Positions 52,494 to 64,000 of a DNA stretch of 64,000 nt are shown here, piece after piece. The notes under the pieces are model-generated. The model was not told where the DNA came from. It was given only the letters and a program-made list of their open reading frames with translations, and did not search any database. Location: the NCBI RefSeq assembly GCF_009914755.1, contig NC_060937.1, one strand, 5' to 3'. The DNA is from the human T2T-CHM13v2.0 reference genome, Homo sapiens. Position numbers and translations under genes: made by a program. The first letter of the stretch is position 1; each line of letters begins with the position of its first letter.

Positions 52494-53085
52494 TGTCATA
52501 CAATCTGGTTTTCCCAGAGAGCACTGCCATAGATAATGTTTTACGCGCTACTACTTCTATTATGAAGTAGAATTCTAAGGAAATAACAGTGAGGGGAAGG
52601 GGAAGTGAAATAAAGAAGGAGAAAGAAGATGGATTTGTAATAAAGCTGGAGGTAGCCATTGTTAACACATGTGCCTTTGATGCGTTAGTAGATTAGTTTG
52701 GACCATGTTTTGAAAGTCTGTGTGAACTAATGGGAGTCTATTTGGAGAAAGAAGAGAAAATAATTTATTTGCTGGCTCTTGACTTTCGCTGATCACTGTT
52801 TCCCTTCACAGTGCATTAGGTTCCCTGTACTAACTGTGTGTGCAAGGGTGCCAAGCAGATCCCTCCTGTTGTCTCACACACAGTGCCAAAAGGGATGTCT
52901 TGAAGCAATAGGGTAAAGATACAAGGTGTGGACACGAGGAGCAGTGCCTGCATAAGAGTGCTCAGTGCCCCTGCAGCCCTTATGATTTTAGTGGTGATTT
53001 GGGTGAAACAAGTAGCCGGGGTCCCAGAAACAAATAAGAATGAAAGTATGTGAAGAGGCACATATAATCCAGTGTACTTCACATA
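52494..53085 (-). mobile_element. Old ERVL-type LTR (LTR33/LTR16/LTR40-like)
   Basis: Antisense ERVL LTR 3'-end-like TCTGGTTTTCCCAGAGAGCA. Family uncertain. Confidence 0.45.
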
Positions 53086-53239
53086 GAATCTTATTAATGT
53101 CTGTGACTTGAACTACATTCTACAAGTAGATGAATCTCAAGTCTCTATCCTACCTGCACTTTCCCTCCTGAGAACCAGGCTATACCTGTCCTTACAAATG
53201 GTTAAACAACAAACATGTGTGAATGCCTCACAAGTGCTA

Positions 53240-53621
<382 letters not shown>

Positions 53622-56041
53622 TTAATATTTTCAAAACATACTGTGCCTAATATCTTTAATCTTAGTTAAGAGGGTCACTATCCATTTTTTCTTCTAAGAT
53701 GGAAGCTTTGATTTTCCTTGGGATATCACTCACTGTCTTACTGATTCAAATTTAATTGCTCACTAAACCTTTTTTCATTTTCCTTTAGAAATGTCTCTCA
53801 AACTAGCTTCTATTTTTATTGTCACTGCATGCTCTTATCCCAGGTTTATTCTCATAACCCTCTCAAATTATTGCAGCAATGTCTACCGCAGCCCCTCTCT
53901 AACCCCTTCAACATGATTATTATCTTAAAAAAAATAACTCTGTTACTTCTGTACTTTAAAACCCACCTTGGCTGCCCATTGGCTACAGACCAAAATCCAA
54001 ATTCTTGGCATGCAAAGTCATTCATTGTACACCCCCAATTCATTGTGCATCCTAAAGCCACGATTTCTTCTTACACTCACTCTCCTCTCCACCCAGCTTC
54101 TTTTCCTGTATGATGTTTTCAGGCTTCTGCCTTACTGGACTTTCCAACATATGATGAATATTCCCACATTTTCAAGTTTCAGGACTTATGCAAATGTTTT
54201 TCCTATTGCTTAGAATAGGGAAAGAATCCTACTTCTCATAAAACACAGACTAAATGGCACCTCTTCAGTAACTTTCCTACAAGTTAAGTGTTCTCTGAGC
54301 TCCCACAGCACATTTCTTTATTATTCTAAAAGGATTTTCATATTTTATGGTAATTTATTTGTTTTTACACCTGTATTACCTACTATATTGTGATATTCTC
54401 AAGGGCAGCGACCATGTATTATTCATTCTTGTATATCCAGCACTCAGCATAGCACTTGTGCATAAACCTCCCAATAAATATGTGTTGAATTGAATTTAAA
54501 AGAAATCATAGATGTAAAAGTATGTACGGATAGTATTATCAGCAAAGCAGCATTTCACTATGGCATGATATACATCTAATTTTGTACTTGCAAGATTCTG
54601 TGTTGATGCCGTAGACACTTTGTCAACCATCCAAAAAGCAGCAGAGCTTTTTGCCAATGAGCAACGGCAGTGTATGTTGACAGTTTATTTCGGTACATTA
54701 TATGGCACTCAACCAAAATTGAACAGCAAGAAAAGATGGAAAGAAAATGACTATTTTCTAGGCCTCCATCACTGTAGGTAGGACTAAATGGATTTCATGA
54801 TGTTCATGTGCCTTGGTTTGCATCAACCCTTATGTGTAAATCAAATTGATCGTCCTAAGTTGTTTGGCCTGGGACTGTCATTCTAAGGCCCACAGTCATA
54901 CAATGCTATATTACACTCTATTATTGTATACTACATCACAGCACACTGTATCTATTACAGTCATCTCATGTGGAATTACCTCTTTCAAAGGGATGAAACA
55001 CACCCTAAATTATAATGGCCTCATCACTTGTACTAGCTTTAGTAGAAGAAGCCCTTTTAGCAACCATGTTATTACCTGTGGTATGATTAGAGGTAAGGTA
55101 GTATTTCATTCCAAGACTAAAATGTGTTTCAGGAAAAAAATATAGATATTTTAAGATATGTAAGATTAGCTTTAAAATTTACAGAACCATGTTCAAAAGT
55201 GGTTTTTTCTCCCTTGGAATTATATGATTATATATATGATGCTAAAGTTGAAGTTAACTTTCAGGCTAATTTGTAGGAAAAAGAGACATGATTTTTCAGA
55301 TCTTTGCACTATAGATAAGGACACAAAACTTTCTATTCTTCTAGAAATTTTGTATTTTCCAGGCTCAAATATAACAGTCAAAATCTGCCCAATTATTTGG
55401 ACCTTTTGTCAAACAAATTGTAGAAGTTTATCACTGGCCTATCAGAAATAATTGTGTTTCCTCATCCATTGTCTAGTTGTTAACTTGCTGGTTATGTAAA
55501 CACCAAAAATGCTCATTTTTCTTTCCTTGCTTTGGCTGGATGAAGCTCAGAGCAAAAAATTGTGGCCTGTATTTAGCAAGAACATAAGTCTTTATACATT
55601 GAATATTTCATATGAAGCTTCATCTCAAATTCACCTTAATTTCCTACTGTTTTTTGTTATTCTCTCTCCACCTCCATTTATTTTAATCTATTTTGATGCC
55701 AAAATACCCATCTTTTATAAACTGGATTGATCTAATTTTAGGAACAAGATGAAACATAATAAATACATGCAAGAATAAAACTACTTCCTCTAATGAACTG
55801 TGTAATTTTTACTCTTTGTCTCTGGTTATTTGCTTGGCTTAATGTAACAGCAGAACTACACGAAAGAAACATCAAATATTCTACTGCAGTGGCTTTTAAT
55901 GTATCAGCATAACCTGGGAAAATATCTTTTTAAGTTTTAAAGTAATCGTTCCTTTATGTGCCACCCCTGAGAATTTTGACTCGAGTCTATGGGACCCAGT
56001 TATTTATACCTTTTGGACAGCTTCATAGATGAATCTAACAT

Positions 56042-56083
<42 letters not shown>
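56042..56083. repeat. (ATAG)10 tetranucleotide STR
   Basis: Perfect repeat seen directly. Confidence 0.95.
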
Positions 56084-56414
56084 CCCAATTTTCAAAACTG
56101 AGTATTTGAGGAAAATAGGGTGAATCACCATTTGAAAATTAAAAAGAAGATATAAACTTATATATATGTATATTTATGATAGATAGGTGGTATAGATGAT
56201 GATAATGAAGATGGATAGATGGAAAGCCAGTTATTAAAATAAGGAAAAGTAAAAACGAAACAACAGAAGATAGAATAAATATATTAATTCAAATTGATAA
56301 AGGACTAGCAAAAGTTGCTCTATGTTGGAAACACATTAGGTATGTATAATAGTTTGAAAGATTTCTGAAAAACAATCACTCCTCCCTTCTATTTACAGAC
56401 CATCATGATAGGTC

Positions 56415-56660
56415 AATAAATGCTATATTGGAGCACTTAGCAGGTGCTAAGGACTGTAAGAAGTATTTTATAACTTTTACCTCATTTCATGCTGGGATTA
56501 CCCTTTGAGGTAAGTATGATCATCATCACTTTTCGGATTAGCAAATTGAGAACTTTGAACATCTGTTCATAGTTTTAGGTAGGAGGTGGCAGACCCTGAA
56601 TGTAGGTCCACATCTGTCACTCCCAAACCTGCAGGCCTGGCTACCATGATCACAGTGCTA
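56415..56660 (-). mobile_element. MIR
   Basis: TATTGGAGCACTTAGCAGGTGCT...CCCTTTGAGGTAAGTATGATCATC. Confidence 0.7.
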
Positions 56661-57969
56661 CTTCAATATATCTGTTCTTTCACCTGATAGAATTCTGAAT
56701 AATTCCAAATGAGCCCCTTTACGTTTTCTTAACTTCAAATACGGCAGGAGCCATCACTTAGAAATACGTAAGAGTTTACAGTTACTATTTCTTGAAGTTG
56801 GGAAAATCTAGGTAAACACTCGACTACTAATGAGGTCAGTGACCATGAAGGTTTTTAAGTTTTAAATATTCTAACATGTTATTTGAATAAATGGCACGGT
56901 AGCTTTTTTAAGATTAATGGAGCATATGCCCAGATTCCTTTGATCCTAGATTCATTAACCCATGCCTCACTGATTTTTACTCAGCATTTCTATCCAGAGA
57001 GAATTATACCTTTAAAAGCAATGATGCATGTAAGCTGATATTCCATAGAGTAAAAAGGCTACACTTGAATTTGTTGTTGTTTTTGTTGTTCCCGAATGTT
57101 CTTTCCACCTGAATTTATGGTATGCATTTGGTCTCACATATTTTTGTAATATTAGAGTTGGTTTATGTTATTTTTAAAATATTTAACCAGGAATAAAAAT
57201 GTATCTAGAACATTCAATATTTTATGTATTTGGTAAAAATGGTTTGTAGTACTTTTAATTCTATGGCAAGCATATATGTCTATTTTTAGAAATGCAGTAG
57301 CTAGTTTTGTTTACTATAGGGGATAAATTAATTATTTACTATATTTACTTTTCTTTGCTAATTTTGAACTGTGTTATATACAATTTGATAATGTATACCT
57401 TTTAAGTATTGTCCTTAAACTGAAAAAATTTAGCTTGTAAAATAAAGTCTTAAATGTTAAAACTAAAACTGTGTGTACATCGTGTGCCTGAAATGAATAG
57501 GTCCCAGATTTTTTATTCAGCCAGCTTTCCTTGAACATGTGGGGCAATTTTATTGTCAACTTTGGGCTGCTTGGATGTATTCACTTTAAATAGGAAATCA
57601 ACTGAGTTTTGAATTTCATAAAACATGATGGGTCTCTGAATATTCTACTTATGTTGGAAAGATCCCCATAAAAGCAGAGCAAGGTAACTACATTCAATGG
57701 GAATTACGAAAAAGGCAGAGCTGTCATTATGGGGAACCAAAGCAAGTAGCTAATACCAGATACTCTTTGTATTTCCAAATACTTCCTATTAAATGTAAAT
57801 ATGCTAAAGGAGTTTGAAAGAGTACTTTGGCTAGTACTTGTTAATGCATTAGGAGGGAATCTTTTATCAATTTTACTGACTTTAGAAAGTGTGTCCTGTG
57901 GTCCAAATATCTCTGTGAATCTCCATTCTCTACTCTTACTACCAGTAGAAAAAAATGGGTACAATTAGT

Positions 57970-58200
57970 TTGAGTACTCACCTGGGCTAAACATTGTGCT
58001 TCAAATTCTTAACATACATTATACTGTATAATTTCCATAACTATCTTATGAGATAAGTGTTCTTTCCCCGTTACAATAATGAAGAACCTGAGGCTCAAAG
58101 AGGTAAATCTAAGTGCCCTAGGTTAAAGAGCTGGTAGATGACAGAATCGTGGATTTGAACCAAGGATTCAGATTCCAAAGTCCGTGCCCTTCATTACTCC
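57970..58200 (-). mobile_element. MIR
   Basis: ATGAAGAACCTGAGGCTCAAAGAGGTAAA...GGATTTGAACC. Confidence 0.8.
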
Positions 58201-61200
58201 TGCAATATTTATCTCCTTCTCCTTCACAAACAGAATTCCTCCATTGCCAATGGATTTATTAGAAGCCAGCACGCTTATATTTCTGCATTCTTCTTTCTAT
58301 TTATTTTATTGATGAAACATTATTCTAAGAATATCAACTATTGCAGATAAATCTCTTCCGGAGTTTAGAACTAGTTCATCAATTCTAGCTTATTCCATTA
58401 GCTAAAAAGTAGGCTTGCTTTGTGGTCCCGTGTTAAGACTACCTCGAAATGTGAAAGATCTCTATGTCTCACACAGGTGTAGAAATTTGCGGAAAGGCAG
58501 TAATGTCATTTTGGCAGTGTATCATCCTGAATCAGAAACTAAAGCATGCAAACTGAAATTGATTTGTAACAGGTACCTTATTAGAAGCAAACATCAAGAA
58601 AACTAGAATCAATGTTGAAACAAAAATTTGTCTTGTAAGCAATCCTGAGTGAAATGTGCTGACACAGCATCACATTCTGTAGCCCCATTTTTGCATGCTT
58701 TTCAAAGCACAGCTATCTCAGGCTGAGGGAGATGAATAATTGACTGATCACTGCATAATTCAACATAGTGTTGTAAAAATTCAAGGTCTAGCAAATTTGA
58801 AGCTTTTCTTTTTTATTGAGACTGAGGTTAAAGTTTCAATCAACCTTGAAGAAACATTTAAATAGCACAAGGATATATGATTTATTAAAGTGCATATTAT
58901 TCTTTCTTATATTCCCTCCTTCTTCATTAAGCTTCCTCACATAACGCATATATAAAGTTAAAAGAGTATCTATAAGGATTAGTGGAACTCCGCCTGTAGT
59001 GACTTCAAAAGCACTAATATCATCAATGTCTGAACGCACTTATCAAGCAAAGAAACTCAAATAAATTGCTTTCTATATGTCCCATTATATTTTTATTTGT
59101 GAAATATGCTGAGTTTTATCTAGTATATTCTAAAATTTCTGTGAAAACATCATCATCAACAACAATGCATGGAGTTATTTTTCATCCAATCCATTTTCCT
59201 AGGAATTATTATTATTACAACCCAGACACTCTCTTCAAACCCAGAATATAAGTTGAAAAAGATAAAAACAGAGGCCTTGCCAAAAAAGGAGAAAGCAATC
59301 AACTTTGACAGGGAAGTACCAAAAGAGGAAAAAGCTGCTTCTGTTTAATTAAGTGGAAGAGATGTTAAGAATTATTGGGGATTACTTTAAATTGGATTAT
59401 ATTTATTTTCAAATAAAGATTACATTTTTAATTTTCAAGATTATTAAAATTCTACCTATTTAATTTATCTCAAAAAATTCTGAAAAAAATCCTTCATATT
59501 ATGCTTCATATTAACTCTTAATAATTATTTCATTACCTGAATTGACAATTTTATAGGTATCTTAAGAAACATTTAGAAATTATTTACCTTTGGATATTTC
59601 TAAGAGATATATAAATTAAGAATCAGTTTTTGTACAAAAATTTGGTTTGGGTACAATAAGATATTTCTGATATGTGAAAGATGCATTTTATTAATTTACA
59701 TATATTAAGAAAGTTTTTTTTAATTATACTCAATGTAAATTGGAGAAAACAGGATGAATGGCAAGTTTTCTGTGAACAGAAGCAATTGATTTTTGCATCA
59801 CAAGTAGCCTTCATAATAAAATAACCAACTTTAAACCGAAGTATTTAAGAACATTTAGTTCAATCCTGCATACTTAAATAGGATAAGAAGTTCAGCATAA
59901 TTATACTAGCATGTAACCAGACTGTAATAATTGTGCAATGTATAACCACGATATGACATAAAATAAGCAGAAAACAGGCATGTTATTTTAGAAAATCTGA
60001 CAGTCTCACTGGGGAGCAAAATGTTAGTATATAAAGCAATTAACTAACAAGCATAATGATTTTCTATTTCCCCTTTCTAAATAGTTTTTCCAAACCCTAA
60101 ACAAACACTATTATGGCATAATGTCAAAGAAGAATTATAAAATAAAGTGAACAACACAGCTTAATAAATTTTCATGTTTCAGAAAGTGATTTAGGAGATA
60201 AGACACTGTCATTAAGAATTATGAATCTCTTTTAAACATCATCATGAAGTTAGATACAAAACTGAAACGCTCTTCTTTTTCTAGTTTAACTTAAATGCTG
60301 AAATCAGTGGAACATATAAGGTCTAAATCAGAAAGTCACATACCCCAGATACTGTTTTTCAACTTCTTCAGTCATATAGATTGCCCTGAATTGCATAAAA
60401 CATTTTTATCTTGCAACTTACTTAGCAGTTCCTTGGGCTGTCTAATGAACTAAAAGATTATCATTATTGTTAGGTGCACAGGAGTGTAGGCTACATGGCA
60501 CACACTGTTGATTTGATACCCTCTATGATGACAGTATATGGTTCACCGACTTGGTTAAACAGCACATCAGCAGCAGTGATGGGTGATCAATCTCATTCCC
60601 CATAGCATTGCTCCCCAAAGAGTCATTATTGAGAATAAAATGAGAAAAGGCTATCAGAGGGAATCATTGGGTCTATGGCTTAAAAAAAAAAAAAAACTAA
60701 GAAAATAAATGAATAAGAAGAGTCTTGGGAAAATGCATTTTTTAAAACCTCGTTATAAAGAGAGGCAAAGGGACTGATTAATATTGTGGAAAATGGCAAC
60801 TTTATTTTCATACTTACCACAAGTATGCATCATTGTCAAGGACTCAAAGCAGCTTATTATGCTAGCATATTTACATGGAACTTCCATTTCATTACTACAT
60901 TCATTTAAAAAAATAACTTAAAAGATGCACACAAGGTATCAGAATCTCAACTACCAATGGCCAATACCTGGTACAAATGGAAAACTAAGTTTAATTTTCT
61001 AAATTTAAGATTAACATTCTTAATAGTAACATCATATGAATTTTTGTTTTGCTGTTCTATATCAAAGAATGAAAAATCAACAGTGTAACTAGAATAAAAA
61101 GCGAATTCTAAAATATAAACTTATTTCTAAAGTGATTTAGTTGAAAAAATCTAATTCTTATTTTTTCCTTTACAACTATACAGGTTGAGAATTTTAATAA

Positions 61201-61339
61201 ACATTCCTAGTAAGGTACAATAACTGGAACTAATATTTTTCCCATGTGAATTTCCCTTATAGGAACTTGATTATCTTGTAAAGCAGAGAAAAATTGTTAG
61301 GGAATGTTGTAATTCAGAAAATGAAAATGTTCATTGTAA

Positions 61340-61590
61340 TAACTCACATTTATTTAGTTCTTATGATGTCTCAGTTACTTGCTAAGAATTTTACATAGAT
61401 TCTCTCATTTAATCCTCATAGTATCTCTGAGGTAGTTTCTATCAGTTATCTGTTTTACACATGAGGAAACCGAGACCTAGAAAAGGATTAAATAGCTTGT
61501 TTAAGGTTATAACATTTGTAAGAGTTGGAATAACAAGTTGAAACAAGAGAGACTGACTTTAAATTCTACCTTATTCAATACCATGCATTT
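61340..61590 (-). mobile_element. MIR
   Basis: CTCATTTAATCCTCA...TTTTACACATGAGGAAACCGAG. Confidence 0.8.
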
Positions 61591-61926
61591 TTACTTATCT
61601 TGAAAGTTTGCTTCAAATTTGCAGAGAACATTGCTTTTATTTCTAGGAACCAAATTTTCTGAATCTCATGGTAGGAAATATCATTTGGTAAATGAAAGAC
61701 ATAACTTTAAAAAATATTTAAGTTTTACTCACCCTCCCCGCTTTTTGTTTTGTTTTGTTTTTGTTTGTTTTTATTTTTGTTTTTCTATTAAGTTAGTTAC
61801 TCTCAGTACCGTTACAGAAAACCCTTATCAAAATGTCTTACAATTAGGAAATGTTAGTGTTTTACATAAAAACAATTAACAAAGCTAGCTCCAGGGCTAG
61901 GGGAATTTAACAGCTTCATGACATAA

Positions 61927-62181
<255 letters not shown>

Positions 62182-62519
62182 TGACTCCAGAAGTTCCAGA
62201 TATATCCAGACATGATAGTGTGCAGCAAAAAAAAAAAAAAAGAGACACCTTTCAAAGAGTCTCCTGGAACTTCTCTTATGTCTCTTTGAGCAAAATTTTA
62301 TTGCATGTCTGTGTCTATACCAGTTCTAAAACAAGAGAATGGAACCACCATAATCAGTAAGCCCTGTATGATTCAGCTCTTGCTAGGAATGGATGAGACC
62401 TCTTCTTCCAAAGGAGAAGGCCAACTTATGACAGGTGGATTCCAGAACTAAATTAGGCAACTTTATAAAGAAGAAAGGGCAGAAAGAATGTAAATAATTG
62501 TAGTGTCCAATGAAAAATG

Positions 62520-62750
62520 GCATATAGATTAAGAGCATGGATTGGATTTAAACAGGTTGGATTCATATTATTGTGCCGTAATTTGTAAGTGATGAAGCTA
62601 TGTGGCCTTTTGAAAATTTCTTAGTCTCTCTGTGCCTGTCTCCTCTCTTGTAAAGTAAAATCCATAACAGTAACTATTTCCTAGAGTAGTTTTAAGGTTG
62701 AAATGTGTTAAAATGTGTATAGCACTGAGAACAGTGCCTAGCCCATATGA
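62520..62750 (+). mobile_element. MIR
   Basis: TCTCTGTGCCTGTC...GTAAA...AGCACTGAGAACAGTGCCT. Confidence 0.75.
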
Positions 62751-62809
62751 TAGCATCTACGTCTGAAATTTCCAAACGTATTTTAAAGCTCACATTATAG
62801 GAGTTAGTA

Positions 62810-63147
62810 GTTTCTGGTCCAGCATGTTAGCAGCTTGGAAGACACTGCTCCATTCTCACAAGTAAAAAGCTGAACAAACCAAAAAATCAACAACTTTTCT
62901 TAGATCCATCAGAGAAGTGAATTCGCAGGGCAATCTGATGCTCCCCAAATTGAAGAGGCAGACAGACTGATACTGAGAATCACAACTTACCAGAGCTGAA
63001 ACCCATAGGCAGAAACTTCTGTGGTAACCAGTGCAAGGTAGGAAAATCTGAATCCTAATTCATGAATTGATGAAGTCTCAGTATAGACAAATCTGATTAT
63101 TTAAAACTCTAGGGGACCCAGTCATGGGGTTGGGTGGGGGGGGGGGG
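62810..63147 (+). mobile_element. Isolated L1MC-type 5' end fragment ending in a G-run
   Basis: AAAAAGCTGAACAAACCAAAAAATCAACAACTTTTCTTAGATCCATCAGAGAAGTGA resembles the L1MC 5'UTR. Confidence 0.6.
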
Positions 63148-63409
63148 CTCATATTTTTGTTACTATACTACATTTCCAGTACAATGTAATATAAGGACTT
63201 ATTCTGAGGACTTTTAGGGGATAATATGAATGAAGATTCAATCATCCAGAAAGCTATTGTGTGCTATAATCAGATTTATTATCCTTTATAAATTTCATTA
63301 TAACTTTAGAAAAGATCATTCGAGTTACTAGATTTGGTTGTGTAACAAATGTACTGAAAATTCTTATGACATTTGCTTTAAGTTATATAGTTTCTGCTTG
63401 TTTTCACTG

Positions 63410-63870
63410 TCTTAAAACACTGGAGTGGTGAATGAAACAGATCTAACACCTGCCTATAAAAATTATATAATAGCAAGGTGACAGACTATAAATAGCTAAT
63501 TATTATACACAATTGATTACTGGCTTGTCATTGAGTGAATTACTATGAAGAAATATAAGATGTAATTGGAACTTATAGCTGAGGAACCAGGTCTAGTCTT
63601 AAGAAGTCAGGGTCCTGATAACTGGGTAAAGCTATGAAGAGTTAGGAATAATATATTAGGTGAAAGTACCTTGGAAAATCATTTAGAGGTCAGCATGTGT
63701 GAGGCCACTCAGTGGAGATTAATTAAACCAAGATCTGGGAAAGTTGAACTTTCACAACAAAAGAAAGAGTGTCAAAAGATGAGACTGGCAAGTCAGAATA
63801 AATGACATATGAAGAGTCTTGTCAAGCATGGTGAGAAATGTAGTTATTATTCTACAAGCAACAGCAATGT
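63410..63870 (-). mobile_element. L2 fragment
   Basis: GGTGAATGAAACAGA, CAGCATGTGTGAGGCC, and TTATTCTACAAGCAA antisense L2 motifs. Confidence 0.6.
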
Positions 63871-64000
63871 ATTACAGCTTTTTTTTTTAACACTGGTAGG
63901 ATGTATTCTTTAGTGAACACTCACTATTATGGGAAGACAATACTTTCCATACTATATGGAAGTACTATATATCATCCTACATGGACTTGGATGACTTAAA

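Overview
AT-rich primate (most likely human) non-genic or deep-intronic DNA. There is no CpG island and no intact multi-exon protein-coding gene I can recognise. Nearly all ORFs in the supplied track come from Alu, L1, LTR or low-complexity sequence. The window is dominated by transposon relics: about eight Alus, including a very young AluY with the Yd-type 12-bp deletion; a full-length ~7.5 kb L1MA-type element with its TSD; a dense cluster of solo ERV LTRs at 20.8-31 kb (LTR12, an HERV9/30/W-related LTR, MER50, MSTA, MER11); HAL1, L2, MIR, MLT1, MER1A and MER53; and a 7SL retrocopy. The only recognisable gene-derived sequence is a decayed processed pseudogene of RABEPK (~27.4-28.4 kb), nested in an LTR16-type element and apparently lacking ~30 codons from an exon boundary. 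The most intriguing unexplained signal is a pair of plus-strand candidate exons (37018-37180 and 38557-38677). Splicing them would create a strong-Kozak ATG and an unrecognised small ORF. I see no evidence of a new multi-gene system. Repeat subfamily names come from memory of consensus sequences, not from a search, and boundaries of old repeats are approximate.
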